A stretch of 64,000 nucleotides of DNA, from the NCBI RefSeq assembly GCF_018350175.1, contig NC_058368.1, forward strand, positions 125,304,001-125,368,000. Reading direction: 5' to 3'. The position numbers and the translations under genes are program-made. Source of the DNA: Felis catus. Taxonomy: Eukaryota. The first letter of the stretch is position 1; every line of letters starts with the position of its first letter. Positions 12,123 through 25,449 of this stretch are shown piece by piece. The notes beneath the pieces were generated by a model. The model saw only the letters and a program-made list of their open reading frames with translations, did no database searches and was not told the DNA's origin.

Positions 12123-12292
12123 CAGTGATTCTCAAATCTGAATGTTTAGTGGAGTTAGTTAGGGAGTTTTAAAAAATACAACTGTCCCATCTCTACTTAT
12201 TCACAAGGTCTGGCGGTGAGGCCCGGGAGTCTAGACACTGCTCCACAGATGCTTGGCCTGATAGGGAAGTGCTAGAGTAGCTTATGGCTTTT
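12123..12292. mobile_element. MER5A-like hAT fragment
   Basis: cagtgattctcaaa...aggtctggcggtgaggcccgggagtct. Confidence 0.55.
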
Positions 12293-12503
12293 CTTAGGTA
12301 GACAATTACCCTCTCCTTAAAGAGACCATGTTGAAGTGACATGATGGTGACTTTTGTGGTTATGGCTTTGTCATGTGGTCCTTTGGAGTCCTTCCTGCTC
12401 CCATGTTGATGGCACTGATTGGTGACTGACAACTAGGAGGAGAAGCAGAAATTGTGTTTCTACTGTAAGCAACTGTCATGTATGTGGTAAAAAGACCCTT
12501 GTC

Positions 12504-12535
12504 TTTTTTTAAAAATTTTTTTAATGTTTATTTTT

Positions 12536-12598
<63 letters not shown>

Positions 12599-12755
12599 GG
12601 GGAGGGGCAGAGAGAGAGGGAAACAGAATCTGAAGTAGGCTCCAGGCTTTGAGCTGTTAGCACAGAGCCCAATGTGGGGCTTGAAGCCATGAATCACAAG
12701 ATCATGACCTGAGCCAAAGTCGGATGCTTAACTGACTGAACCACCCAGGCTCCCC
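12504..12755 (-). mobile_element. CanSINE with long (GA)n
   Basis: TSD aagac(c/g)cttgtc. Confidence 0.95.
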
Positions 12756-13764
12756 AGAAGACGCTTGTCTTTAATTTAACCGAGCTGTCTTTTAATTTGG
12801 CTATTTCAGTGACACTCGAGGGATAGTTATCCTTAGAAAGACTGGGAGGGAAAAGAAAATGAAAAGTTAATAAGGATTATTATAAGGATTTGTTAAAGTT
12901 TTTTGATAAAATAAAATGAACACGAGGGGGCAGCAAACCACTGCTCAGAGGAAGGTCTGCACAAAATTCAGTAGGGCAAAGATTGTTTTCTTAAAAATTT
13001 CATGTGTTTGTTAAATATCTTCTAAAAAAGGTGGCCCTGATATCAGAGCCACTCTTCCCTGAATGATAGTTTCAGTCTTTTCAATGTTCCCTTCCACATT
13101 ATCCTGATATCCCATATCTTCTCATGAAGCACATTTGAATGTGATACTTGACACTTGAGTGTTTCCACACACTGGGGCCCTCATAGGGAACCCTCCTCGT
13201 TCCTTTCCCAGAGACTCCTCACACTGATCCTCCAAGGACACTCCATCTCTTCTGGAAAGAAGCAGCTTGGGTAGTTCACTGACTGCATCTTGAGGGATGA
13301 GGAAGTGGAAGTCTTTGAGTATGGAGTTGACCAAAGCCCTCACACAGGTGATAGCACTCAGGCAGACCCAATCAGGTGTGTATGTGTGCTGAGGGATGAC
13401 CCTGAGGCCCTGCGATATACTGAGGGACATTCTGAATAGCCAAAGGCTAAAGGGTGTATGGCTAGGTATTTTATTCTACATCACCTATGTCTGTTTCCTC
13501 TGTTAACTCTGGAAGTTATTACCAGGTTATCTTCTTAACTAGAACTTTCCATAGTCCATCCAAACATGGAAAACAAAAACAAAAACAAAAATGATGTCCT
13601 GCATTTTTACTGTTTAAGTGGCCTGATATGGTTGTTTTTGCTGAGAGGAAGGAGTTTTTCAGTTGGTATTCATAGGGCCTTGGTACCATATGATGTTTTC
13701 TGGTAAGTACTCCTAGGGGAGACTCCACCAGAGTGTGGGGTGTTTGTTGGGTTATGGTATTCTC

Positions 13765-14038
13765 TTCCATGAGCTGTGTGGCCTTGAACATGTCACAGAA
13801 CCTCTATTTCCTCATTTGTAGAAGGAGGGAGTTAGCCTAGAAAGTGGCTTTTAATCAGAAGTGAAGACCAGTGGGTCTCGTTCGAAGCATATAGGTCCCC
13901 AAGCTACATACTCTCCCACAAAGTCACAGTGTCCACAGGTGAGCCCCTGGCATGTGTAAGTGGCTGGTGGGGGCAGGGAGACTGGGAACTTAGCCTACTC
14001 CAAGTGATTCTGGTTAGCTCCCCAGGGGATGAACACTC
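13765..14038. mobile_element. MIR fragment followed by a MER5B-like fragment
   Basis: gctgtgtggccttgaacatgtcac...tttcctcatttgtag, then agtggcttttaatc...caagtgattctg. Confidence 0.45.
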
Positions 14039-14394
14039 AGGTTAGGATATTGCAAATATTCCTTCTAACAGACATTCATTCACTCATTCATTAATTGACC
14101 AAAAATTCAGCAAAAATATGCCGATGTAAAGGTATTTATAATTCCATTTGGAATTCAGATCCACTAAAAAGTTGCCACAAAGATTATACAGAGCATGCCA
14201 AATACACACATGAACTGTTCCAATAAATATAGTAATGGGTACTTGGTCAGGTAACATTAATATCATTATTTATTTTTTAAGTCTCAGTGACCTGATAGTA
14301 GCTGATGAAATGAAACCCCCTGGGACATATGAACCAAGAAGTGAGTGACACTGAATGAATGAAGTAGCTGCTGCATGGAAGGTTCTGGAAAGAG

Positions 14395-14610
14395 AATCTG
14401 AAGTTCTGTGCCAGATACCCCTATGCCGCACAGCGATGGTGTGATCTAGGCAAATTGTCTTGGATTTCTTCATCTTTCTTAATTATTCCTTTCCAATGGG
14501 GATTATAAAAACTTCTGTTTATTGCCTGGGATGAAGACTAGGATTAAATGAGATCACGTGTGCAAACACACTTTGTAAACTATAAAAGCCACAGGACTTA
14601 ATAATAATAT
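14395..14610 (+). mobile_element. MIR
   Basis: gtgatctaggcaaatt...ggattaaatgagatcacgtgtgcaaa. Confidence 0.6.
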
Positions 14611-14700
14611 TGCCTTCCCTGCCATCTGGTCTTCTATCAAGCAGGAGTGGTGAGAATTTTCCCCTCATCCTGCATCTCTTAAAGACAGCAGTAGACTGAG

Positions 14701-14834
14701 TTTTTTTTTTTTTAAATATATGAAATTTATTTGTCAAATTGGTTTCCATACAACACCCAGTGCTCATCCCAAAAGATGCCCTCTTCAATATCCATCACCC
14801 ACCCTCCCCTCCCTCCCACCCCACCATCAACCCT
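14701..14834 (-). mobile_element. Young felid L1 (L1_Fc-like) 3' end, heavily 5'-truncated
   Basis: Poly-T then gtcaaattggtttccatacaacacccagtgctcatccc...ccatcaaccct; flanking ctgagt repeat. Confidence 0.88.
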
Positions 14835-16099
14835 GAGTGGGTTTTTAGTTTGCACACGGTGAGTGGCCACTCTGTGTTTTCTCTCTTTTACTTTCCATAA
14901 ACCACAGCAGTGCACATTTTCATGTGCTCGGCCTCAGCCAACTCCTCTCTGAAGTTCCCTTCATACAGCATCCATCTCCTCCACCAAAAATTGTGCCCTG
15001 TGGTCCAAAGTACCTCAGCCGAAGCCTTTTCCATTTTATTGTTTAGTTTCCCTGTAAATGTTAGGCTTGTGGTGAACTGGGGCCTTGGAGCTACAATAGC
15101 TCCATTTTGGTTTTTTTGGGATAAGATTCCTGAGAAAACAAAGCTGAGTGAGCCTGAGAAAAGCTGACCAATGTGTCCTGCATTGTCCTCCTCGTCTCTC
15201 CCTTGAGGGGCAGGGGACTTTCATATCTTTGTCTTGGGCTTCAAGGTAAGCCTTTCTTGCTTCAGATATTGAGGGTCTTTTTTTATGCTTCTTCATTTCT
15301 AGAGTGAGGAGAGGGGTTGGTGCATTCGTTTTACAAGAGGGAAGGAACATATTGTTTAGCAGGAGAGGCATTCTGGGATCAGATGGACCAAAGAAACAGG
15401 TGTGGAGATGCCATAGCAACTGCTGTTGTTCCTAGGGAACATGGTACCCTGGCCCCTTACAGTTTCTTCCTAAAGGAAGGAAGGGAAAGGAGGCATTGGA
15501 TGACCTGATTCAAGATCACTCGCAATGCTAAATTTGTAATGAAGTCTCTGCAAGGCGCAGAAGCTGTGCACTTTCTTTCTAATTTTACAAATCACTGGGG
15601 GAAAGTTCTGGCCTCACGAAGAGAACTGAGGAGATGGCCAGCCCTGTACCTCTGCTCTCCCAACTCCCCTGGCCCTATGTCTTCTCAGTCACTCTCAGTG
15701 GGCAGCTGGCTCCTTCCCAGGACACATGCTCTGCCACTTAACAGTGATCCCCAGATGAAGACAGATGAGGAGTCAGGGTCCTTTTTTATCAGTGCTGAAC
15801 TTGGGATGGTTTCTGAGTTTCAGATCAGTGCTTCTCATACCCTCTGTAGGGGAGGACCAGCTTAAAAACGGTCCTAGTCCATCACAATTTTGACAGATAT
15901 AACACAACTGTCAAATTTCTATAAATGTTTCAGAAGACTTGCTTTCAATTGCTACCTGAAGCCATTCTGTAACAGTTCTCGTCCTGGGACAGCTGTATGG
16001 GCCGTGTTTTGGGAAGCACTGCTCTGGAAGACTGTGAAAGGCCACACTCTCCAGTCCAGGGCTCACCACTGCCGGGCTGGGCAGGGTGCAACTTCCATG

Positions 16100-16215
16100 C
16101 CTCAGGCCCTTCACCTGCAGATAGAATAGGGCAATGACAGGGCCTGCCTCCTGGAATTGTTGTGAAAATGAAGTGCGTTAATCCACACCGACCTCTTTGA
16201 ACACAACTTTGCTAT
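16100..16215 (+). mobile_element. MIR fragment
   Basis: cctcaggcccttcacctg...ttgttgtgaaaatgaagtg. Confidence 0.5.
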
Positions 16216-17842
16216 TATTAAAGTGTAAGCCAAAGGCCAGTCAGTCCCAATCGACAATCAGCTGTTGATGTTGAAGGTGTTTGTGTCCCTGGGATGGTAG
16301 CCAAGCTGGTAATAAGGGCAGAACTTTGAGCCAGCCGCCCCTGCTCATCACAGTAGATGGCAAGACCTCCTTTCTCACCCATACTCATTCAGGTGAGGTG
16401 GAACTGCAAACATTTCATGCCTTTTGCTTTTTCTGCTTTTTTTTTTTTTACAGTTTGTCTGTAGTTTTGCTTGGGAAATAAGAATCTATTGAGTCATTGT
16501 GTTTATCTTCTTTATTTCTGGTTAGTTTCTCTTTCTAGTTAAAATATACAGAAAATTCTAAGCTCACAGTACGTCAGGGGGATGTTTAGATCTAAAATAA
16601 ACTTTTTGGTCAAGACTAAGAAACAAGGGGGAAGGACTCATTTAATACATTCACCTTTTCCTTTAGAGATCTTCAACTTTTCTCTTAGGTGAACAGCACC
16701 ATTCCTTTTAATTAGTATAGATCATCTTATTTCTGGTTGGCATTTTACATTCTGACATGTTCTAAAAGCAGAAAATATCAGTAAGATGTTTTAAACCAAC
16801 TGAATCATTCTTACCAAGTCATCAGCTTAAAGCTGATGCCTATAGCATAAAACACTTTAAAAATGACCATTTCACTATATTCCATCAGAACTTGACCTCA
16901 TGTTTACACTGTAGTTTTCCTAAAATACAACAGAAAACTGGGTGAGAAATTTCTGTTTACAGTGTGAATCTTATTTCTCCACTGGCTTCTGTTTTGTTTA
17001 GAAGTTGCCTTTTCACAGCAGGTCTTGTGACTTGAGCAACACACAAAATAAAGGCTGCGTGGTATTTCTGTGTTGAAAGGTCCCATTCAATCTGAGGGGG
17101 AGAATTGGTCAGATGAGCAATCGATGTGTGGCTCTCTGTACACCTACAGAGGAATAAACCACAGTGAATAAACTACACCAAGATAATTGACAGGGTGCTC
17201 CTTTTTTTTTTTTTTTTTTTTGATGGTGATTCTGGAGGACTTCACATGTGTGTTGCTAGCCTCACCTGCTCACAAGTGATAAAGGAGCCAAGCAAATGGC
17301 ACCAATTCACAGTTCTCAGGGTTGCATGAGATGCAGGAGGACACCTGATTTACAATGGCCACCACCCTGCTGCCCCTAGAAGGGCTCTTTGCTGTTCCTG
17401 AGCTACTGGCTGCTCTATTCCCTGCAGTCCTGACTGAGCAAATGCCAAGTTATGTTCCTTGATGAGCTCGAGACTGTCACACTGGGAGTTCTGACCTCTC
17501 GGCCATCCTGTGTGTACCAGAGCACCTCCAGCTGAAGGACTCTCTCTGACTGGGTCTATCCCTGAGTCCTGGGCATCTCCCTCCGGGACTGGTGGACAGA
17601 CTGTGTTGTTGACCTCTTGCCGTAGAGGCACAACTACCTAAATGCCTTAGACGGTACCTATTCAGCTGCCACCCTCCATTTTCATCAACACCTTTAGAAC
17701 CTTTCTCTAAAATCAGAGTATTTCTTTTTGGAGAATGTAACAGTCCCCTGGTGAATTTGTTCTTTGAAGTAAGCCTGCTCAAGGGAGTGATAGAAATATT
17801 TGAGGTGTTTCCACTGTATTCGTTGAAAAAGTATTTATTTGT

Positions 17843-17968
17843 GGGGCACCTGGGTGACTCAGTTGGTTAAGCGTCTGACTCTTGATTTCAGCTTAGGTCA
17901 TGATCTCATGGTTCCTGAGACTGAGCCCTACGTCGGGCTCTGTGCTGACAGTGTGCAGCCTTCTTGGG

Positions 17969-18016
<48 letters not shown>

Positions 18017-18078
18017 GGCCTTTGTGGGCCTCCCCTGCTTACACTCACGCTTGTACTCTCTCTCTCAAATATTAAAAA
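17843..18078 (+). mobile_element. CanSINE with (CT)n
   Basis: TSD aaagtattt(a/g)tttg. Confidence 0.95.
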
Positions 18079-18279
18079 CAGAAAGTATTTGTTTGAAATG
18101 GATAAATATCATGGCCCCTCTGTTAACACTCTGCCCCTCCATTCCCACTCCCCACCCCCAAGGCATAGTGTCACTAAGTGGTAGAGTGTAAGATCACTTC
18201 TAGGGGCCCCATGAGAGGGACCTCTCTGCCTGATAGAGTAGGATAGTCACCTGAAGCCTATCTGCTCTGGCCCATTCTC

Positions 18280-19485
18280 TCTCCTCTTCTCTGGGTCTCT
18301 AATTGAACATATTTGATTTTCTCACTGTGGCCTTTATATCTTTCCCCCACTCCCTTCTATATTCCATTCCCTTTATTCTGTGTTTCATTGTTTCTTGTGA
18401 CATAACTTCCAGTTCACTAATTTTTTATTCAGCTTTCTCTAACCTGCTGGTAAATTGGTACATTATTTTAAAGTTTGGTTATTGTATTCTTAAGTTTTGA
18501 ATTTCAACTGATTTCTTTTCCAAATCTACAACATTACTTTCTCTCTTTTCCAATTTCATGCCAAAATTGCTCAGGTTTCTTTTTTTTCTTTTTGATCACA
18601 TTGATTATAGTAGTTTTATTGTCTTTATCTGGGATTTTATTATTTGGATTACCTGTGTGTTCATTCCTATTGTTACTGTGCTATTATTGTTCATATTGTC
18701 CTCCCTTTGAGGCCTGGTTACGTTTGATTGTGTGTTGGGCTCCACATTTGAAAACATTACTTGGAGAAATAATTTGAGGCCTACAATGGTATCTCTCACC
18801 AGAAAGAATTTTATTTTGCTTCTGCCAGGTGCCTGGAGGTAACTAGAGGTGCAGTCCAGGGTTAAGGTAATATAATTGCAGGGTTTCAGACTTTGTGGGA
18901 CACTCAAAAAACTTTTTAAAAAATGCTTATTAACTTATTTTGAGAGAGAGAGAGGGAGAGAGAGGCAGAGAGAGAATCTCAAGCAGGTTCCACACTCAGC
19001 ACGGAGTCTGTCGCAGGGCTCAATCTCATGACCACAACATTACAACCTGAGCTGAAATCAAGAGTCAGACACTCAACTGACTGAGCCACCCAGGCACCCC
19101 TACTCAAACAACTTTCAATCTGGCTGCATCTGAGAGCAGGTTCAATCGTGGTTCGCACTTTTTTCTAGAGTACTGCTCTCAGGGTACCAACCAGTGAGCA
19201 GCTCCCTGGAGCCCCTTTATGGCAGGTTCTGTCTTTTGCTCTTCTATTCTCATGAGCTACTGAAAGTACTTCTTTGATTTTTAACTACCTCTTTAGGGCA
19301 AAGGCAGCCCCAGAAGTGGGGCCTATCTCTCTGAATTTCCATTTTTAACTAGACTATGGCCATGTAATTCTTCCCTCTCTTGTTAGCCTTTATGAAAATA
19401 TTTTTGTATAATTCATCTAGCTTTTAAAAGTTGTCTTCAGCAGAAGAGTTCATTTGAATGATCTGGTTTGTCTTTAATGGAAATA
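18280..19485 (-). mobile_element. Ancient L1M/HAL1-like 5' fragment interrupted by a SINE
   Basis: ttccagttcactaattttttattcagct...tctctaacctgctg and later degenerate L1M 5' motifs. Confidence 0.5.
18913..19100 (-). mobile_element. CanSINE
   Basis: TSD actcaaa(a/c)aactt. Confidence 0.93.
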
Positions 19486-19906
19486 GAATTGAGAACAGTT
19501 CTGTAAAGGCTGGCTGATGTGTGTCTTCAAGGAGAGAAACTCCCAGCTGCTTGTTCTCGGCTTCTATGTCATCAGAAGTCAGGTGTATGCTCACCAGCGC
19601 CTCCTACAGCAACAAAGGAAGCATCTCACCTGGGGACCTCCGGTCTTGTCATTCTGTATCATATACCCAGGGCTGGCTTGAGGATGTAGCAGGTGGCAAA
19701 TTCAGAACACAAGTAGTAGTACAGAGTATACTCTTAGGCTCTCAGTGTAGTGGCAAAATCCTGAGTCTGTGAAATGTGAGGAAAGGGCGTGGTGTCTGAG
19801 AGAAGGCAACAAAACCGCGTCTCCAGATGCAAGCTGGAGTGGGCGGCCAAGCAAGAACCTACTCCCACACCACCTTCTACCGTGGACAGTGCCTACGTGT
19901 CTACTT

Positions 19907-20092
19907 CACTGGCTTTCGAACTTCAGCATGCATGAGAATTATTGGAGAGCTTTTTATAACACACAAGTTGTTGCCATCACCCGCCGTCCTAGAGTTTCTG
20001 ATTCAGTAGGGCTAGAGCCTGAGAATTTGCATTTCTCACAAGTTTCCATCTGGTGCTGCTGGTTTTGGCACCCCGTTTTGAGAATCCCCAGT
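19907..20092. mobile_element. MER5A
   Basis: agagtttctgattcagtagg...gagaatttgcatttctcacaagttt...tttgagaa. Confidence 0.75.
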
Positions 20093-21106
20093 TTACTCTA
20101 ACCTTTAACTAGATTATACATCTCTTAACGATGGGGACTTTAACTCCTCCTTGGTCTCTCTCCACCTAGCTCAGGAGTAGGACCCACACAGAACCTGCTT
20201 ATGTAATACTCACTGACCAAATACCTTCAAGGGTTGTTGTGTGTGTTGGGTTTCATAGTAGCTCTGCTGTCTGTGGTAACAGTCACTCGGACACTTGATC
20301 TATATGTTTCCCCTGCTTGGGTTGTAGAGACAAAAGTGTTCTGGGCCAATAACTGCTGTTAAAGCACTTTCCCTCTTAAGGGCATTTCTTCGCTTGTTGC
20401 TTTGAGAAATGAGCATACTCTCTTTCATGAACAAATGCTGCTAGTGACAGGCCCCAATTTCTAGAAATCAGGGCTGGTTAAATTTAATCTAATCACAAGG
20501 ACAAAAGAACATGCACCCAGAAAGAGAAGCAAAATAAATATGAAGATAAACAGTCAAGAAAGAGAGGAAGGAAGAACCTTCAGTCTGAAACAGGTGGCTC
20601 ACATACAGCGTTTGACCACTGTCTGAGTGTGTCTGGAGAAGGATCCTGGCAGTTTGGCCCTTGGCAGTTTGGCCTTGGTGTTTACTGTCCCCAGCTGGTG
20701 GGTAGGGAAGGCCAGCCCAGTAGGTAGGTAGTGAGAGAAGCTCACCTTTTCTCAGGCACTTGCTGGTCTTCTCTGAGGGCTCTTTCTAACCTCTGTGGCC
20801 CAGTGTTTTCCTGATGTTAGGGGTCCCTCCTGTCTGATGAACTGGTAGGTGGCCAGACATTAGAGTATTAACGACTGAAGGGCATTTTCATGTTGTTTAG
20901 TTAAGTTCCACAAATTATTGATTACCTTCCAGATGTCAGGTATCTCTAGCTACTGGAAGTAAAGAAGGAAATGTTGCCCAGCCTCTTCTTTCATTCTAGT
21001 GGAAGACCCAAGGCCTTGTGGCAGGGGTGGGCAGTAGGCAAGAATGGGCTCAGTTGACTGGAGCACTTTAGAAACTGAAAGGAGATACTAAATTGAAAAA
21101 AAAAAG

Positions 21107-21325
21107 TTTTTGAAACGTTTATTCATTTTCGAGAGGCAGAGGAAGACAGAGCATTAGCAGGGGAAGGGAAGAGAGAGTGGGAGACACAGGATCTGAAGCA
21201 GGCTCCAGGTTCTGAGCTGTCAGCTCAGAGCCTGATGTGGGGTTAGAATCTCTGAACAGTGAGATCATGACCTGAGCAGAAGTTGCCCACTTATCTGACT
21301 GAGCCCCCACCCCCGACCAGGCACC
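21107..21325 (-). mobile_element. CanSINE (SINEC_Fc)
   Basis: Reverse SINE body with a slightly disrupted head. Confidence 0.93.
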
Positions 21326-21668
21326 TGAGCTTTTGCATTTTAAAGCAGGACCCTGAGGAAAAGGAGCAGCTCTTTCCTTCAAATAACTCTTCTGGTGGAA
21401 TTTAGGGTGCCCTGACCCCTGGGGGTGCACAGGAGGAAAGCTTTCAAATGAAACTACTCTAGGTGACCACTGATAGGACCTTCTTTACTTAACAAGTACT
21501 TATCATTTGTAGGGGCAGCAAAAGTCACTTGATAGTTCCTTGTTCCTCATTTCAGAAAAATAAGAGACCAACTGATTAACTCAGAGCTCTTGAAAACAGG
21601 GAGAAGCCCTTACCCCACCTTTCCCATACTTACCTCTGTCTCTCTCCCACTCAGTAGAAAGTAAGTAA

Positions 21669-21712
21669 AGCCAAGGTCAGTAACAAGGTAAGCCAAGGTA
21701 AGTAACAAGGTC
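21669..21712 (+). repeat. 22-bp tandem duplication (four CAAGGT units)
   Basis: agccaaggtcagtaacaaggta / agccaaggtaagtaacaaggtc. Confidence 0.85.
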
Positions 21713-22428
21713 AGTCCCAGGCTAGGAGATATCTCATCATATAGCTCTAAACATTTAGACAAAGCTAAGTTCTTTGCATTACAGCTAAATGGCATCTACT
21801 GGCCTTGTCACTCCCTCACCTGGCCTCTGCCCCATGTCTTCCCTTCATTGCCAGGTTTCTTTTTTAATCACCTGGACTGGGCTTGCTTTCTCACCTGCTG
21901 AGAGCACATTCTCACAGTAGTATAATTGCATAGCTGTGGCTTATATTTTGCTACTACTTTGGGTACAGTTTGCTGCAAGTAAGGACATTTACAATCCCTG
22001 GGAGATGTTGAAACAGTCCCAAAATGGCAGACATGCAAATGCTCTGCCTGATTAGCTGCTACGTATTAAAACATATGGTTTAAGGACTGAGTACCAATTT
22101 TATGTTTCCATATAGTACTGTATGGTTTTATATAACAAGGAAAATTGCAGAATGCTGATGTTTATGGAGCAGTCAAATCTGTGCATTTCATAGGCATAGA
22201 CCATGAATTCTAACTGGGAGTTTCATGTTTATAGAGGCTTTTTGCATTATGTATTTTTAACATTTTTTATTCCGATGAGGATTGAGTTCTGTTTGTTTCC
22301 CTTGTTGGATTATACTTCAATCCACTGTCTTTCCTTGAGATTTTTCTGGGTATGCTAACAGTATGAAAAGCTTAAGGTTTTTCTTTCAGAAAAAAACTAA
22401 GAGCCCAGCATCTGGTTAGGTAGATGGT

Positions 22429-22745
22429 TGTTAAGGGTTGAATTGTGTTCCCTGAAAAAGATGCATTGAAGTCTTGGCTTGTAGTCTCCAGAATGTGACC
22501 TTATTTGAAAATAGGGTTATCACAGATGTAATTACTTAAGATGAAGTCATGCTAGAATAGGGTGGGCTCCATATCCAAAATGACAAGTGTCCTTATAAGA
22601 AGATGGCTATTTGAAGACACAGACTTTCATGGAGAATGCCACATTGAAACAGAAAATGGCCCTGTGGACACCTTGATCTTGGACTTTTGGCCTCCAATGC
22701 GGAGACAACACATTTCCATTGTTTTAAGCTGCCCAGTTTGTGGTA
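22429..22745 (+). mobile_element. MLT1(B/C)-type MaLR LTR, truncated
   Basis: tgttaagggttgaattgtgttccc...gaatgtgaccttatttgaaaatagggt...gtccttataaga. Confidence 0.85.
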
Positions 22746-22747
22746 AG

Positions 22748-23002
22748 CAGTTAATACCCCCTTATCTACAGTTTTGCTTTACGAGGTTTCATTTACCTAT
22801 GGTTAACTGTGGTCAGAAGCAGGTGGTCATTCTTCTGACAAATTGTCAGGTTGGTAGTAGCCTAACATTTTGTCACAATGCCTGCGTCATTCACCTCGCT
22901 TCTTCTCATCACAGAGGTCTTTTATCATCTCACATCATCACAAGAAAGGGAATGTAGTACAATCGGATATTTTGAGAGACAGAGGCCACATTCACATAAT
23001 AT
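22748..23002 (+). mobile_element. MER44/Tigger7-type fragment (left part only)
   Basis: cccccttatct..gttttgcttt...gtacaatcggatattttgagaga..ccacattcacataa. Confidence 0.75.
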
Positions 23003-23121
23003 TTTTTTTAAAAGTTTATTTATTTATTTTTGAGAGAGAGAATGTGAGTGGGGCAGAGAGAGAGGGAGACAGAGAATCCCAAGCAGGTTCTGCTCTGTCA
23101 GTGCAGTGGGGCTTGAACTCC
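23002..23121 (-). mobile_element. CanSINE lacking its head
   Basis: Tail and GA tract present; stops at ggggcttgaactcc. Confidence 0.88.
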
Positions 23122-23184
23122 AGAAAGTGGGACAGCCATCCTTCACACTGTGGGGTTCCTTTGTGTGGATTGTTTTAAGCCTCC

Positions 23185-23481
23185 TATTCTGCTCAGTGGC
23201 TTTTCCATTTCCTTCCTTCTTGGTTTCAGCCCCTTTGATAATGGGTAGGATGCTCATGGTCCTGACAAGACCAATCATTATGATGTATTCCTCAGCAACA
23301 GTGGCACATAATTCAGAGCCAGAAAAGGTATAATGTCCTTCCCCGTAGTGGATAGAGAAGCATTGAAAGTAAGTGCTTCCTTCCCATTGGAATGCTAACT
23401 GGGACTACAGGAAGCCATATGTATTTTTTTTTCCTGAGGTAGAGAAGGCCTGTCCGCAGTGAGTGAACCACTGAGAAGTCC
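23185..23481 (+). repeat. Left arm of a perfect 297-bp inverted repeat
   Basis: Exact reverse complement of 27768-28064, checked base by base including the T9/A9 run. Confidence 0.98.
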
Positions 23482-24165
23482 TGAGTTTTTGAGTTCCCTG
23501 GTCTCATCTCCAGGCTGCCAATCTTGCCTTTCTGACCTCCATTTTGTGACCTACTGTCAGATTCTTCCTAACTACAAGATTCACTACATTCCATTTCTAC
23601 TTGCACTAGTTAGAATTCCTTCTTGTCATTTATAACAATCCAGCCCCACCTGCAAATCTTTCCTGAATCCTCTTCCTCTCCCTCTTTCCAGGTAAAGAAT
23701 TATTTTATTTTACTTCCGTTACACCTTATAAATCCTCTTAGAGTATCAGACAATAATTTTTTTTTTTTGGCTTGTATGTTGCTGGATCCCAACAGACCAT
23801 GAGTTTCTTGAGAACAGAGGCTTCATCTTATTCATTTTTATTTCTTAGTGCTGTGCCTGGATTATATCTATGACCCCCATTTTTAGGGAGCTTGACTGGC
23901 TACATGATCAAATGAGTAATGAACTAGCTCTAATGGGATCACAAAATGTTAAAGCAGTAAAGGAATCTAGAGTTTTTCCTACTGTAATGGTTTTCAAATT
24001 CTAGAAGCTGAATCCTTTCTTCAAGTGAAATCTTAGGTTGAAAGTATCCTGTGGTTCACCCAGGATACTGCCTGCCCATCCTTTTCTCTGACCCTCCTGC
24101 CCCACAAGGTGACCTCTGTGGAACTTTTAGGGTTTTGTGGATCACTGTTTGGTAACCATGTTTTC

Positions 24166-24364
24166 TTTTTTTTTTTAATTTTAATTTTAATTTTTATTTT
24201 TGAGAGAGGGAGAGACAGAGCACAAGCAGGGGAGGGGCACAGAGAGACACAGAATCTGAAGCAGGCTCCAAACTCCAAGCTGTCAGCGTAGAGCTTGGCC
24301 CAGGGATCAAACTCATAAATGATGAGATCATGACCTGATCCAAGATCAAGAGTCAGGCTCTTAA
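24166..24364 (-). mobile_element. CanSINE, 5'-truncated
   Basis: TSD aa(c/a)catgttttctt. Confidence 0.92.
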
Positions 24365-25271
24365 ACATGTTTTCTTAGAGTCATTGAGCTTGGGTTTCTC
24401 CATCTGGCTTCCTTTCCTTATAAAGAGATTTTGACATGTCATAAGGTGATGCTATTATACCACAAATACTTCCTTCACATACGTGCATGCACTCAGGTAC
24501 ACATACACATCCCTCTCTCAGGTCCTGGTGAAAATATTGAAGAAGATGATGTACATAACTCAAAGTCTCATAATATGTGGAATTCACAGTGGCTATTGAC
24601 ATTCTGGCAATAGGACCAGCTCAAAGGATTAAAGCTTGACCAGAATTTATGTGGGAGAATCTACTTTCTGAATTATAACACCTTTCTCAAACCCCTTTCC
24701 AATTATGCTCCTCAATCTACTACTCAACATCATCAGAACACCTCATGTCCTATCATAAACCACTGACCTGCCATGATAGATTAAAGGCAGCATATTAATA
24801 CGATATTCCTCTTCTATTAAAAAATGTTCTTGTTAAGGTTTTAACTTACCTTACCTTTTCAGGATTTTGGTATCTGGTATCATATAGCTTCTACTTGTTT
24901 ACAACAGTGAAGTCCTCAAGTATATTTGGATGCTCCCAACATCTTGCTACCAGGATGACCCTTTCCTATGCTTGGTATTAGGAAATAAATGTAAATTTTG
25001 AGGTTGCTGGTACTATCAGTAGGAGACTCTTGAATTCACATTAGGGCAGGGTGTCTGAACTCATTTGAACAAATGATACTCTACAAATTATAGTGAATTG
25101 AAAAAGCACCAAAAGAACTTATTAAATGAAATTTGCATGTAAATTACAGTATATAGCAAATATGGAATCACTATGAATTAATTGTTGCAAGAAATAAATT
25201 TTATTAAATTTTTAAAATAATATTAATGGGACAAAATTAGATAAGTGAAAATTTTGTTAAGAATAAAAAAT

Positions 25272-25440
25272 AGGGGCATCTGGGTAAGCATCTGACTCTT
25301 GATTTCAGCTCTGGCCATGATCTCATGGTTCATATGATTGAGCCATGCTGAGCGTGGAGCCTGCTTGGGATTCTCTCTCTCCCTCTGCCCCTCCCCCTCC
25401 ATAGGCATGCTCTCTCATTCTCGCTCTCTCTAAATAAAAG
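25272..25440 (+). mobile_element. CanSINE with internal deletions
   Basis: ggggcatctgggt..ctgactcttgatttcagctc...CT tract. Confidence 0.88.
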
Positions 25441-25449
25441 TAGGTTGAA

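Noticed and set aside
24510..24990. Candidate splice acceptors followed by short open frames (ctctctcag|gtcctgg..., ttttcag|gattttgg...)
   Set aside because: No matching donors or recognisable protein; cannot be supported without RNA data.
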